Shown: positions 49,330 to 58,901 of the stretch, piece by piece
Numbering within the stretch: position 1 is the first letter of the stretch
Layout of the letters: each line of letters begins with the position of its first letter
IMG/VR virus record: IMGVR_UViG_3300033463_000001
Location: 83,298 to 147,297 of that record
Reading direction: 5' to 3' (one strand)
From: a virus
Lineage: Duplodnaviria; Heunggongvirae; Uroviricota; Caudoviricetes
Length of the DNA stretch: 64,000 bases
Notes under the pieces: model-generated
What the model saw: the letters and a program-made list of their open reading frames with translations, nothing else
What the model was told of the DNA's origin: nothing
Databases searched by the model: none
Position numbers and translations under genes: made by a program

Positions 49330-50180
49330 TGTTTTTCGTTTTCGTTATTATAATCCTTGTTGTCATCAGATTCATCATCTTTGATAGGACCTTTTTCCGG
49401 TTCTACACTAATGGCATCAAGACTGTCATTTGCTTCTTTGGCAACTTTTTCGCGGAATTCGTCTTCCATTCCTTGTTTGAATCTAGCCTCCCAGTCTGCG
49501 CTCTCGGCGTCTTTTTCTTGATTAGTCTCCGGAGCTTTGGTTTGCTGTGGTGTAGGCTTGATTCCTGACGTATCAAGGTTATTGTAGTTGATAAACAGGT
49601 GGCCACCGGTATCTGTACGTGCAATCGTTCTACCGCCTTTGGTGTTAATGAGGCCGATGATATTCAGAACCTCACCATTTTTCATGGTATACTTACCAAT
49701 GACGCCATTATTTTGGTATTCAGGACCATGTCCTAACGCTTGCTTCTGTGCGGCTATTGACTTTGCCTCATCATCAGGAATCTCATAGTCCGGACGGAGC
49801 ACACGAAATACCTGCGACATACTCCTATCTCCACTTCTGTTGCGCAATTTCTTTTTGAGGTATGGGAACATTTCAGTGACGTCGTACGGCGTCAGCTTCA
49901 AATCAGTTATCCTGTCTAACCTAAACATTTTCCACTCTCCACTTCTGGTTGGGTGAGCGGTAGGAGAATTCGAGATTTGGAACGCACGAATTACAGGATT
50001 GCCTGCTTTAGACAATCCATATGCGAAAATTTCAATCTGCCTCCTTGTAGGTATCCCATCTTCACCTTGATAACGAATTACAACGCGCTTTTTCAAATCC
50101 ATTGCGCGCTCTATCTTATCGGCTCCGATAGCCTCAAACAGAAAGACTTCGTTTAACTTATGTTGTAACTCGTCAAACAC
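49326..50180 (-). CDS. WYL-like domain protein
   Basis: VVIRY...RRQIEIFAYG...IRAFQ...WKMFRLDRI. Confidence 0.65.
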   Translation of the reverse strand: MFDELQHKLNEVFLFEAIGADKIERAMDLKKRVVIRYQGEDGIPTRRQIEIFAYGLSKAGNPVIRAFQISNSPTAHPTRSGEWKMFRLDRITDLKLTPYDVTEMFPYLKKKLRNRSGDRSMSQVFRVLRPDYEIPDDEAKSIAAQKQALGHGPEYQNNGVIGKYTMKNGEVLNIIGLINTKGGRTIARTDTGGHLFINYNNLDTSGIKPTPQQTKAPETNQEKDAESADWEARFKQGMEDEFREKVAKEANDSLDAISVEPEKGPIKDDESDDNKDYNNENEKQ

Positions 50181-50536
50181 TAAATAGTATCTGTGCTATA
50201 TTGACCAATGTTTGCACTCATATCAATAATATCCAAACCGTAACGATAATTCTCGTTATAGATGGTACGATTTACTTGGCCGATACGTCCGGGGTGATTG
50301 CCACGTCCGTTAATATCGTCACTGCTACCACCTTGAGTTGTATCAAAGTTTGAATAGTTAATGATATGCTTGTCTAGCGAGTGGTCTGGCAAGAAATGTG
50401 TATGACCACCATTACCGGTGCCTTTTCCAATCGGAGTTTTTTCTCCGCTGTACTCTTTGACATCATCAATGTAGTCGTTTTTCTTTTCGAGTTCATCACG
50501 CCTTACAATGGCCTCTTGTTCTAGGTATGTTTGCAT
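50180..50536 (-). CDS. Hypothetical (likely virion) protein
   Basis: GKGTG...GGSSDDING; in a late operon. Confidence 0.55.
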   Translation of the reverse strand: MQTYLEQEAIVRRDELEKKNDYIDDVKEYSGEKTPIGKGTGNGGHTHFLPDHSLDKHIINYSNFDTTQGGSSDDINGRGNHPGRIGQVNRTIYNENYRYGLDIIDMSANIGQYSTDTI

Positions 50537-50555
50537 AATTTGACTATGTTTATTC

Positions 50556-51392
50556 TTATTGTTTCTCGCAGTACTGCTTTGTTATCAACGATAACTTATC
50601 CTGCACATTGTGTAGTTCTTCTCTAATCCTATCAGGCTCTTTCCAACCGTCAATCCAATCCTCCTGTCTGAGCAACCATGCAATTCTGTCTCGCGCTAAA
50701 CCAACAGCTGAGTCTGCAAGGCTTGAATTGGTGAATAATTCTTCTTTTAAATTTTCGACAAATAAAATCAAATTGCCGATTGCATAGTACACATTAGAAG
50801 GGTCTTCTCCGGAAATCCTATTGCACAGTGCACGTAATAGCTCTGTAACCAGTTCATATTTTAAGTCAAAGGCTCCGTCGCTATCCATTGGCTTATATCC
50901 AGCAGTGCCTTCACTCATAATATTGTTTAATGCGCGCAATGATTCTGTGTTAATCTGTTTTCCGTTTACACCGACAACGCGAGACGGTGATTTGCTTACA
51001 TGGACACCGTTATTTTTTACACGTGTGTCAGTTTTAATTTTATTGAGTTCGTCATGCACGCTACTACGCATTGTAGCAAGTGTCGTATCAACCCAATTCT
51101 TCATCGGAAGGCCGCCGTTCAAGATAAATTCAATATCATTTTGTTTTCCGGTATATGTGTCAAAAAAGTTTTTGATGCGCTTCAACTCATTGTATTTGAC
51201 ACAAGGCCTGCCGATTTCTTTCTGATTATTGATGTTGTTATACTCCGGGTATAGGATATGTTTAATCCTCTTATAACCATCCGATGTTTTGTATTGGTCA
51301 TAAGAAAGCAGCACCTGGGAAAGGTGTTTCACAAGTTCCGTTGGCAAAAACACCACCAGGCCGTTTAACAGTTGGTTTTCAATAATCAGCAT
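50556..51392 (-). CDS. Two-domain hypothetical protein, C-terminus DUF4259-like
   Basis: YNELKRIKNFFD...LNGG.PMKNWV; then IMSE-GTAGYKPMDSDGAFD. Confidence 0.5.
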   Translation of the reverse strand: MLIIENQLLNGLVVFLPTELVKHLSQVLLSYDQYKTSDGYKRIKHILYPEYNNINNQKEIGRPCVKYNELKRIKNFFDTYTGKQNDIEFILNGGLPMKNWVDTTLATMRSSVHDELNKIKTDTRVKNNGVHVSKSPSRVVGVNGKQINTESLRALNNIMSEGTAGYKPMDSDGAFDLKYELVTELLRALCNRISGEDPSNVYYAIGNLILFVENLKEELFTNSSLADSAVGLARDRIAWLLRQEDWIDGWKEPDRIREELHNVQDKLSLITKQYCEKQ

Positions 51393-51649
51393 TACTTAAC
51401 TGTACCTCTAAAGTTTCTACCTCTCATAAAATCAAACGGTTGCGGAACCATGTTCTTAGCAATATCATCCGTGGTAGGACCTGCCTCTATCTCAGCATTG
51501 CCATCTTTACCGGTTGTTTGTTGAGTGGTTCGAACGTCAGCATTTCCAGGATACTCCTTTTGGTCGCCATCCAGTTCAATAGACTCGGCACGCAAAGTAT
51601 CAAGCATCCTATTATATTGCGATTCTGTGATAAGTACCGTAATTTCCAT
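51392..51649 (-). CDS. Small hypothetical protein, putative internal head protein
   Basis: MEITVLITESQYNRMLDTLRAE; late box at 51670-51676(-). Confidence 0.55.
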   Translation of the reverse strand: MEITVLITESQYNRMLDTLRAESIELDGDQKEYPGNADVRTTQQTTGKDGNAEIEAGPTTDDIAKNMVPQPFDFMRGRNFRGTVK

Positions 51650-51669
51650 TTTATATCGTATATCTAGCA

Positions 51670-51705
51670 ATAAATACTTTGTAACAGCGAAAACGAGGTA
51701 TTTAT
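51670..51705. promoter_or_regulatory. Back-to-back TATTTAT boxes driving divergent operons
   Basis: ATAAATA at 51670-51676 and TATTTAT at 51699-51705. Confidence 0.7.
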
Positions 51706-51723
51706 AGTTGTAAAAGACTATAC

Positions 51724-53271
51724 ATGGCACATTTGAATACACATGGGTATATTGAACCTACGTTAATTCTATATAACAACGAGTATTGGGACTTTAATCT
51801 TCTCAATACCAATATTCCATGTGGAGACACGGGTAAAGACACAAATTTAATAGCACTTATTGATGCAACTGACAGTGCAAGCACTGCTTCTGAAGTATGC
51901 ATAGCAGGCGTCCCTGAGTATACCTGGGAGAAAGCTGTAACAACATCTGCTTACACACTATACAACGTCGGTAGGACTATGACTGATAACGGTCTTATTG
52001 AATTTGATAAAAACGATATAACAGACGATGAATTTTTGTCTGTTGTGTCTGGCTCCGCCCTGGAGGTGTCTGATGAGGCTGTGTTACATTTGTGTCCTGT
52101 TAGCGCTAATACACAGGAATATGTAATGGATGTCGCCGTAAACACAGATAGCGGCACATTCGAATTCAACGGCGGATTCTACCAGGGATTCTTTATGACG
52201 GAGTGTGGCGTTTACCAAATACTACCGATTGACCTATCTAAAAAACTTGGTTTTGCATTTGAATTAAAATCCGGACTAACAGAATTTTCCGGAGCCTCCG
52301 GTGAAACAAGCGGAATGACATACCTAAATGAGAAATATCCGAACAACTCAGGTATATTTTTCTACATAGGTACAATGGCAGAGAATAAATGGTGGAAATA
52401 CTACTCGATTGACGAAACTCTTTATGAACGCGGGGACATTGAAAAACTACACGACGAATCAAGCGGACTATCTGGGTACACATTCGAGACAAATGAAGGT
52501 TATCCGTTAAAGAATAGTTCTGTTGTTAAATTTGATTCTAATAACAAATACCTAACATACAACCGAACGCGCTCCGGATTAACAGCACAGGATGGGAACG
52601 TTGATGAAGTAACGACATTCTGGTACGACGGACGCGAGTATAACGAGAACTTATATCTAATGATGAATAGAACGCCATCAGGATATACAGTAGAAAAATT
52701 ATTACAGCACGAAGACGAGGTAAAAAATGGGGGTAATAGTAATGATTATAATGTTATTGGCGATTTGTATAGCAACGCGCTAGCATTTCGTATCACAGAA
52801 GATGGTAGGATTGGATTTAGGTATCTAATCCACGCTTGCGATAACGAAAAATCAGTATTGGAGTCCCACGAAGAATATTCGAAGCCTGGTCTTATAGATG
52901 ACCAATGGCACTTCGTTTACTATTCTCTAAACAGGATATCTACAATGTACATGCAGGTATACATTTACGTCGACAATAACCTCGTATATGTATCAAAGAT
53001 TCTGCCAATCCTCAATTTACGCCAGCTCAACGATATCTACGAAAAACAGGAGGGTGTTCCATTCGTCATTTCTCTCGGAGGTGGCACACTTGGATTAGGC
53101 GCTGCTATATACGACAACTACACAGACACGCCTGCTTACCGATTGCCGCTAGAAAGAAACTTTGCTGGTACATTCATAGGCCAGATAAAACGATTTGGAA
53201 TTACTAGCGGTGATGGAGAATACTCCAATGTAATGGCTGTTAAGGATATGTTTGAAAAAGACCTCAGTTAG
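51724..53271 (+). CDS. Virion structural protein with LamG/concanavalin-like beta-sandwich features
   Basis: GGFYQGFF, GIFFYIGT.AENK, WHFV, YIYVDN, ISLGGG, FIGQI. Confidence 0.6.
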   Translation: MAHLNTHGYIEPTLILYNNEYWDFNLLNTNIPCGDTGKDTNLIALIDATDSASTASEVCIAGVPEYTWEKAVTTSAYTLYNVGRTMTDNGLIEFDKNDITDDEFLSVVSGSALEVSDEAVLHLCPVSANTQEYVMDVAVNTDSGTFEFNGGFYQGFFMTECGVYQILPIDLSKKLGFAFELKSGLTEFSGASGETSGMTYLNEKYPNNSGIFFYIGTMAENKWWKYYSIDETLYERGDIEKLHDESSGLSGYTFETNEGYPLKNSSVVKFDSNNKYLTYNRTRSGLTAQDGNVDEVTTFWYDGREYNENLYLMMNRTPSGYTVEKLLQHEDEVKNGGNSNDYNVIGDLYSNALAFRITEDGRIGFRYLIHACDNEKSVLESHEEYSKPGLIDDQWHFVYYSLNRISTMYMQVYIYVDNNLVYVSKILPILNLRQLNDIYEKQEGVPFVISLGGGTLGLGAAIYDNYTDTPAYRLPLERNFAGTFIGQIKRFGITSGDGEYSNVMAVKDMFEKDLS

Positions 53272-55291
53272 AGGTCTTTTCTGTTTCTGTTCGTATCACG
53301 CCGTCAAACACTTCTTGCTTGCTCTTGATGATATCGAGGATATGTTCGTATATTGTATCCTTGAAGTACTGCACGTATATCTTCACGTCTGTCGTGGAGC
53401 CTATTCTGTGTATTCTGTCGCATACCTGAGCGAAGTCAGCATACGAGAAGTTTGGGCTTTGGAACAGGGCAATGTGACATGACTTATGCAGGTTTATACC
53501 GGTTGAAGCAGCGTTGATATTACCGAGGAATACCATTACATTCGGGTCGTTGTTGAACGCATTGACAGCAAAATCTTTTTGCTTTGCTGTTATTTTTCCG
53601 TTAAACAGCACACTCTTGTCACCAAAATAATCCTTCAGTGCGTATATCTCCTCATCGAATGCGCAAACGACAAACACCTTTTTGCCTTGTGAAATCAACT
53701 TAGACACAGCATATTTGGTTTTCTCAGTCATGATGCGAGAGATATATTGCCTGTACACACTCACCTCAATCAGTTGTTTCACATCTGATAAGTCAATACC
53801 TTCGGCAAGCTTCTGAGCTTCATATTCTTTCCAAAGACGCATGTATTCAAATCGCTGGTCTGGAGTCAACGTATAAGCTATTGGTATAACCTCTTTTTGC
53901 ACCATGTGTGGCAGCTCGTCCTTTGTTACGCGGAAATACAAGTGTTGGATGCGTTCAGCAAGTTCTGCTAGGTTGGTTGATTCATTCATCACCATGGCGT
54001 GCTTACCGTACTTATCTACATAGTCTTTAAACACCTGTTTTTCCTCATCGGTCATTGACCTGTAATCTGTATACATTGGCTTACCGAACAAGTCTTTATG
54101 TTTAGCAGACCATTCTTGCCATAGTCTATCCCATTCGCCCTTTCGGAGAGTTTTTCTTGCGCCGGCATAGCGTTCCATATATCGTGTATAATCGCCTGTG
54201 ATATCACTTTCAATCAACCGGAGTACACTATATAAGTTAACAGGATTATTGGTGACCATCGTACCAGTTAACAACCAAACGTACTCATTGTGCGCCTGCC
54301 GGAGATAATCGTAAACTATCGCAGAGCGATTGGACTTCTTATTTGACAGGTTGTGTGCCTCGTCTATAATGATAATATCAAATTTTGATTGTAATAGCTG
54401 ACTTGCAGCATTGCTTGCCTCGCGGTCAACAATACTTCTAGAAGCAGGAAGTTGATGGAAATCGCCTATAATATCGAAATTGATAATTGTGTACTTCTTA
54501 CCAAGCTTCCATTTACCGTGTGCCCTTGCGTATTTTTTTAGGTCGTTGACATTGAGACCGGATGCATCTTTCAATTCCAAAAACTCAATCAGCTCGGAAC
54601 GGCTCATTTCATCTATACCGCGTATAAGTGATACTTCATCTTCCGGAACAAACTGTATAAGCTCTCTTTGCCAGTTTGTCTTAATTGACTCAGGACAAAT
54701 AATAAGGACTCGTTTATCTTTTAGAATCTCAGATGCGACAATTGATGTCATCGTCTTTCCTGTTCCTTGGTCTAACGCTAGAATACACTTCTTTCGAGTA
54801 AGAAGGAACTTGACTGCGCGCTCTTGATGCGGCATTAGCGAGAATGCCGGGTTAATTTGCTTTAGTTTGTTATTGAATGGAGTAAAATCGATTTTCATCG
54901 CGTCAAAATCCTCAACTTTCAACGGCGTAATGAAGCCTGTTTTAGGTAAGAAAGTTAACACTGGTTTTTCTTGATATTTTGAGTAGACGACGTCGCAGAC
55001 AAAACTATCTGCAGTTTCGCCATATAACGTTGCAACAACAATCTTCTCCGGGAGGAAATCTATCTGCCACTTATCTTGTTTTTGCTTTGCAACCCACTCT
55101 TGAATCTTAACCAACTTGTTTAAAGTTTCAGGTGTGCGATTGTAGTTAGTCAGGATATACTCATAATCAAGCGAAGTTAACGGTTCGCTTGTCTTAGATT
55201 TCTTCTTTAATATCCAAAAATACGGGTCTTTACCGTTATACTCTGATAACAGTCTCAACGCCTTGACAATATCTGCTGCTTTTACTCTCAA
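53264..55291 (-). CDS. SNF2/SWI2-family helicase/ATPase
   Basis: LALDQGTGKT, IIDEAH, LTGT, STGINL, QVCDRIHRIG. Confidence 0.9.
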   Translation of the reverse strand: MRVKAADIVKALRLLSEYNGKDPYFWILKKKSKTSEPLTSLDYEYILTNYNRTPETLNKLVKIQEWVAKQKQDKWQIDFLPEKIVVATLYGETADSFVCDVVYSKYQEKPVLTFLPKTGFITPLKVEDFDAMKIDFTPFNNKLKQINPAFSLMPHQERAVKFLLTRKKCILALDQGTGKTMTSIVASEILKDKRVLIICPESIKTNWQRELIQFVPEDEVSLIRGIDEMSRSELIEFLELKDASGLNVNDLKKYARAHGKWKLGKKYTIINFDIIGDFHQLPASRSIVDREASNAASQLLQSKFDIIIIDEAHNLSNKKSNRSAIVYDYLRQAHNEYVWLLTGTMVTNNPVNLYSVLRLIESDITGDYTRYMERYAGARKTLRKGEWDRLWQEWSAKHKDLFGKPMYTDYRSMTDEEKQVFKDYVDKYGKHAMVMNESTNLAELAERIQHLYFRVTKDELPHMVQKEVIPIAYTLTPDQRFEYMRLWKEYEAQKLAEGIDLSDVKQLIEVSVYRQYISRIMTEKTKYAVSKLISQGKKVFVVCAFDEEIYALKDYFGDKSVLFNGKITAKQKDFAVNAFNNDPNVMVFLGNINAASTGINLHKSCHIALFQSPNFSYADFAQVCDRIHRIGSTTDVKIYVQYFKDTIYEHILDIIKSKQEVFDGVIRTETEKTSN

Positions 55292-55367
55292 AACTTAACG
55301 CTTTCTGCGTTAATTTAGCGGTTACAAACTCGATATTCAACTATTTATTGATATATAAGTGCGCATA

Positions 55368-55904
55368 ATGAAGCATACGAACGAAAATACGTATAAATTT
55401 CCTATCGTACGGAACAGTCTCTTCTTCTCAGACGAATCGTTTGAGGTGGAGGAAGATATCGCAATGGAATACCTAATGGAAGACATCCATCAAAGTGTGA
55501 TATGGTATGCCGTCGACATGGAGCGTAGCAACATCAACAAAACATACAATGAATCAAGAGACGGAGGAATTGTGTTTAAGCAGCCTGTGGAGGTACCGTG
55601 TCTGTATAAAATAGACCCACCTGACTTAAAAGCATATGACCAACACAAGAATCTTGGTCTTTATAGCCAGACTGGTATATTGCGAGTGAATGTAATGAAT
55701 AAGACGATTGAAGAACTCAACGCCGACATTAAAAGGGGTGATTACATCGGCGTTATCGTGTCTGAACACCAAATCAAAATGTTCTCAGTTGTTGATGACG
55801 GTCGTGTTAATAACGACAACAGGCATTCAATGTATGGGTTGAAGCCGTACTACCGCACAATTCTAGCTGCTGAGGTTGATAAAAACGAATTCGACGGAAA
55901 ATAA
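55368..55904 (+). CDS. Putative neck/head-completion protein (gp14-like)
   Basis: YNES...FKQPVEV...DIKRGDYI; late box at 55342-55348. Confidence 0.55.
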   Translation: MKHTNENTYKFPIVRNSLFFSDESFEVEEDIAMEYLMEDIHQSVIWYAVDMERSNINKTYNESRDGGIVFKQPVEVPCLYKIDPPDLKAYDQHKNLGLYSQTGILRVNVMNKTIEELNADIKRGDYIGVIVSEHQIKMFSVVDDGRVNNDNRHSMYGLKPYYRTILAAEVDKNEFDGK

Positions 55905-55914
55905 TAAATGGAGG

Positions 55915-56766
55915 TTAGACGACCTCCATTTCTTTTAGTTTATTGAAATAGTCAGAAAGTTTTGTAACGCATGTGTTTGCGTATGATTCAAAGAACTTTC
56001 TCTGCTCTTCGTTATTTGATTGGTTAGCTTTATACGATGCTACGTTAAACCATTGATACACCTGAACAAAGCGCCACATGTAGTACCTAGCAAGAAAACC
56101 TTTGTACTCTTTCGTACCTTGCGCATAGCGATATCTGTCATCTAATAGGCGCAGACCATCATTATCGTTGATATTGCCAAAACAAGCGATATCATAAATT
56201 GGGTCGCAAATGCAAGCAAATTCAAAATCAATAAAAGCAATAGTTCCATACTCGCCATATAAAATATTAGAAGGCATCATGTCACCATGGCATAGTACGT
56301 ATTCAGATGTTCCGGCTTCTTCTATTTTCTCTTTTATTTTGTTGAAGGTGTCAATATGCCAATGGTAAGCATAGTTTTTCTTCTGAACAGAATTGATTAT
56401 CCGCTCTATCCTCGCAAATACGTCCATGTGTTTATTATGGACGAGTTTTTTTACGACGTCATGTGAAACTGAATGCAGCATTTCCATGCACATTCCGACG
56501 GACATAATCTGCCAATCTGTTATACTTTCAACGGTGTCAAGTGGCGTACAGTCAAAATAGCGTCTTAACGCGACTCCGTTTGGAAGCATGACTTTTTGGA
56601 ATTTAGCGATAGGGCATTCTTTAGCAAGCAGCTTAGCGATGCGTTCGCTTTGCCGGTCTACTATACCGTTATATTGAGCAAATGGGATACGCAACACATA
56701 TTTCCCAAATAATAGGTAATTTGTGTTCGACATCCCATTCTGTCCTATTCTTTCGATAAGTTTCAT
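55915..56766 (-). CDS. Choline/ethanolamine kinase-like phosphotransferase (LicA/APH family)
   Basis: GMSNTNY, YVLRIP, CHGDMMPSNIL, IDFEFA...DPIYDIA. Confidence 0.8.
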   Translation of the reverse strand: MKLIERIGQNGMSNTNYLLFGKYVLRIPFAQYNGIVDRQSERIAKLLAKECPIAKFQKVMLPNGVALRRYFDCTPLDTVESITDWQIMSVGMCMEMLHSVSHDVVKKLVHNKHMDVFARIERIINSVQKKNYAYHWHIDTFNKIKEKIEEAGTSEYVLCHGDMMPSNILYGEYGTIAFIDFEFACICDPIYDIACFGNINDNDGLRLLDDRYRYAQGTKEYKGFLARYYMWRFVQVYQWFNVASYKANQSNNEEQRKFFESYANTCVTKLSDYFNKLKEMEVV

Positions 56767-57152
56767 TCTTCGAACGAAAATCCTTTTTGTACTAAATCAT
56801 GTTCAACTTCTTCTATAGGTTCGCCGTATTGGAAAATCAATCGCAACTCAGGATATTTTTTATCTGCAACATCCTCATACGCCAAACAAGTACAGTGGTC
56901 AATAGCATCTTGAACAGAGAACTGTGTGCTCTCCGGGATTGTTATCATCCTAAAATCTGTTTTGAGGCGCTTGATGCAATCGTATGTATCATCATACGGA
57001 ACCAATTCGGCTGCGCACGATGCGGGTAACTCGCCAAAATCATCACCCCATACGTTATCTTTATCGTGGGTGAAGAATAACTCGTATACGTATCGTTTAT
57101 CAGCCTCCTGGCCAACATATCGTACGAAACCTAAGAATAGTTGTTCATCCAT
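56763..57152 (-). CDS. Hypothetical protein
   Basis: YELFF...VWGDDF...DAID..LAYE...LIFQYGE. Confidence 0.6.
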   Translation of the reverse strand: MDEQLFLGFVRYVGQEADKRYVYELFFTHDKDNVWGDDFGELPASCAAELVPYDDTYDCIKRLKTDFRMITIPESTQFSVQDAIDHCTCLAYEDVADKKYPELRLIFQYGEPIEEVEHDLVQKGFSFEE

Positions 57153-57153
57153 T

Positions 57154-57825
57154 TTAATGCAAATAAATTTCTAGCTGTTTGAACAAAGATGTGAGCTGTT
57201 TGTTACATACAACTACGTTATTTAATGCGTCATAGGCTGCTGTAACAAGTCCATCCAGTTCGCTTTTCTTTTTGTAAAGCTCTGTGAATGTTTTCATTAC
57301 GTTGATTGCAATCGCATCTTCATTTGAGATGTGTTCTTTTGCCTCTTGCTGTGCGAAATTGCTTTGATATGAGCCAGCAAGGAAAGAGTTAATCCTACCC
57401 ATCGGAGCGGCAAACACTGCCTTTTGCTCGTCAATAGAGAAGGACTTCACAATCGTGCTAAGAACAAGCGAATAGAAATCAAGCTCATTGTTAGTGCGGC
57501 CGGCAAAATCACTACTCTTCAATGACCACAATAGACTTGCTACGTCTTCGAGTGGGATGGTATTGCTATCGAAGTGATTTTCAACCAATTCGTTGTATTT
57601 GTTAATCAACATTTCCATTGCAACAGACCGCTCCGGAACGGGCTCGCCTTTTCCAATTGGACAAATCGGTTTCTCCTGGTCTTTATGTGATGCTTTTGCT
57701 TTTGCTTTCTTGCATGCATCGAAAGCAGATACTTCATTTTTGAGTTCAGGAATCCATCCTACTGGGAGCTTACGAAGCTTACACTTGCTAACTGGTTGCT
57801 CGGTCTTATTGTCTTTTTTCTGCAT
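57154..57825 (-). CDS. Hypothetical protein
   Basis: ORF from MQKKDNK; start uncertain. Confidence 0.55.
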   Translation of the reverse strand: MQKKDNKTEQPVSKCKLRKLPVGWIPELKNEVSAFDACKKAKAKASHKDQEKPICPIGKGEPVPERSVAMEMLINKYNELVENHFDSNTIPLEDVASLLWSLKSSDFAGRTNNELDFYSLVLSTIVKSFSIDEQKAVFAAPMGRINSFLAGSYQSNFAQQEAKEHISNEDAIAINVMKTFTELYKKKSELDGLVTAAYDALNNVVVCNKQLTSLFKQLEIYLH

Positions 57826-57957
57826 AAGAATAAGGTTTTTCCATAATGTATTCGGACACAGAATACGTTTCAATAAGTTCGTTAACAAACCCAATTTTGG
57901 TACACATGCGCACCAATACGCACGGAAGCTGTATTTATTGTTAGTAACACATACACA

Positions 57958-58887
57958 ATGATTAATATATCATCAATAATATCAGAGAGTATTAACACTT
58001 ACTTGATAGAGCACGAAAAAGACTTTGTCAAGGGTGGTGTTCAATATACATACCAACAGCCTGCCGTTCCTCATAGTGAGGTTCAAAACTTTACCCCGAA
58101 GGTGAAGCCGATTATTGTGTATAAGCAATTTAAGATGCGCCTTGACAAAAAAACGGGTAAAAACCTGGCTCCTGGCTATGTATTCCCGTTGTATGTGAAT
58201 ACGGATGGAACAGGTACTAATCAAGGCCTGCAGGTTGGCAAATGGTACAAATCCGGTGCTGGTGAGTGCTGGCTTAACACTAAGAATGGCAAGCTCTACA
58301 CTCGCGGTAACGGATACGGTACTGACGGACAAAAGATTGACTTATTGGCAATGCGTTCCGGGTGGCATACAACCAATACGCCATTTGGTAACCAGCGAGG
58401 AGCCAATAAAGTGACCGGCGGAAAAGAAGGTACAGGTAACAACTACCAAAACACATGGGATTCAGAAGTGTGGGCTAAGGTTGAGATATGTGTTGATGTA
58501 GACGCAACAGAACGTACGCTTGAACGCGCTAAACAGGCTGGCTCAACTAAACAAGCCGACCAATACCTTGAGCGAATCGGAAACGACGAGTTCTATAAGT
58601 TCAAAACTAATTCCAACGCAACAGACGACCAGTCATGGTACATTGTCGACAAAATGCGCATCGTTGAAATCCTGGATGATGACACGGTAGATTCGACCAA
58701 TCAAGAATACTACGACAAACTCTCAAAAGAGACAGGTAGGAAAATCAACAACAACCCGCGAGAGTATACAAGCGACAGTGGTGATATTCCATACTGGAAG
58801 ATGCCGCGCGTTAACGGAAAACGTTATTCAAAAGAGGAGCTTCTTGCAATGGGATATACTCCGGCACAAGCGACTAATGTAAACTAA
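57958..58887 (+). CDS. Hypothetical protein resembling a polyvalent-protein-associated domain; putative head cargo
   Basis: YKQF...FPLYVN...VGKWY...LAMRSGWH...VWAKVE; N-terminal ISSIISESINTYLIE; late box at 57932-57938. Confidence 0.5.
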   Translation: MINISSIISESINTYLIEHEKDFVKGGVQYTYQQPAVPHSEVQNFTPKVKPIIVYKQFKMRLDKKTGKNLAPGYVFPLYVNTDGTGTNQGLQVGKWYKSGAGECWLNTKNGKLYTRGNGYGTDGQKIDLLAMRSGWHTTNTPFGNQRGANKVTGGKEGTGNNYQNTWDSEVWAKVEICVDVDATERTLERAKQAGSTKQADQYLERIGNDEFYKFKTNSNATDDQSWYIVDKMRIVEILDDDTVDSTNQEYYDKLSKETGRKINNNPREYTSDSGDIPYWKMPRVNGKRYSKEELLAMGYTPAQATNVN

Positions 58888-58901
58888 AAACACGAATCTC
58901 A

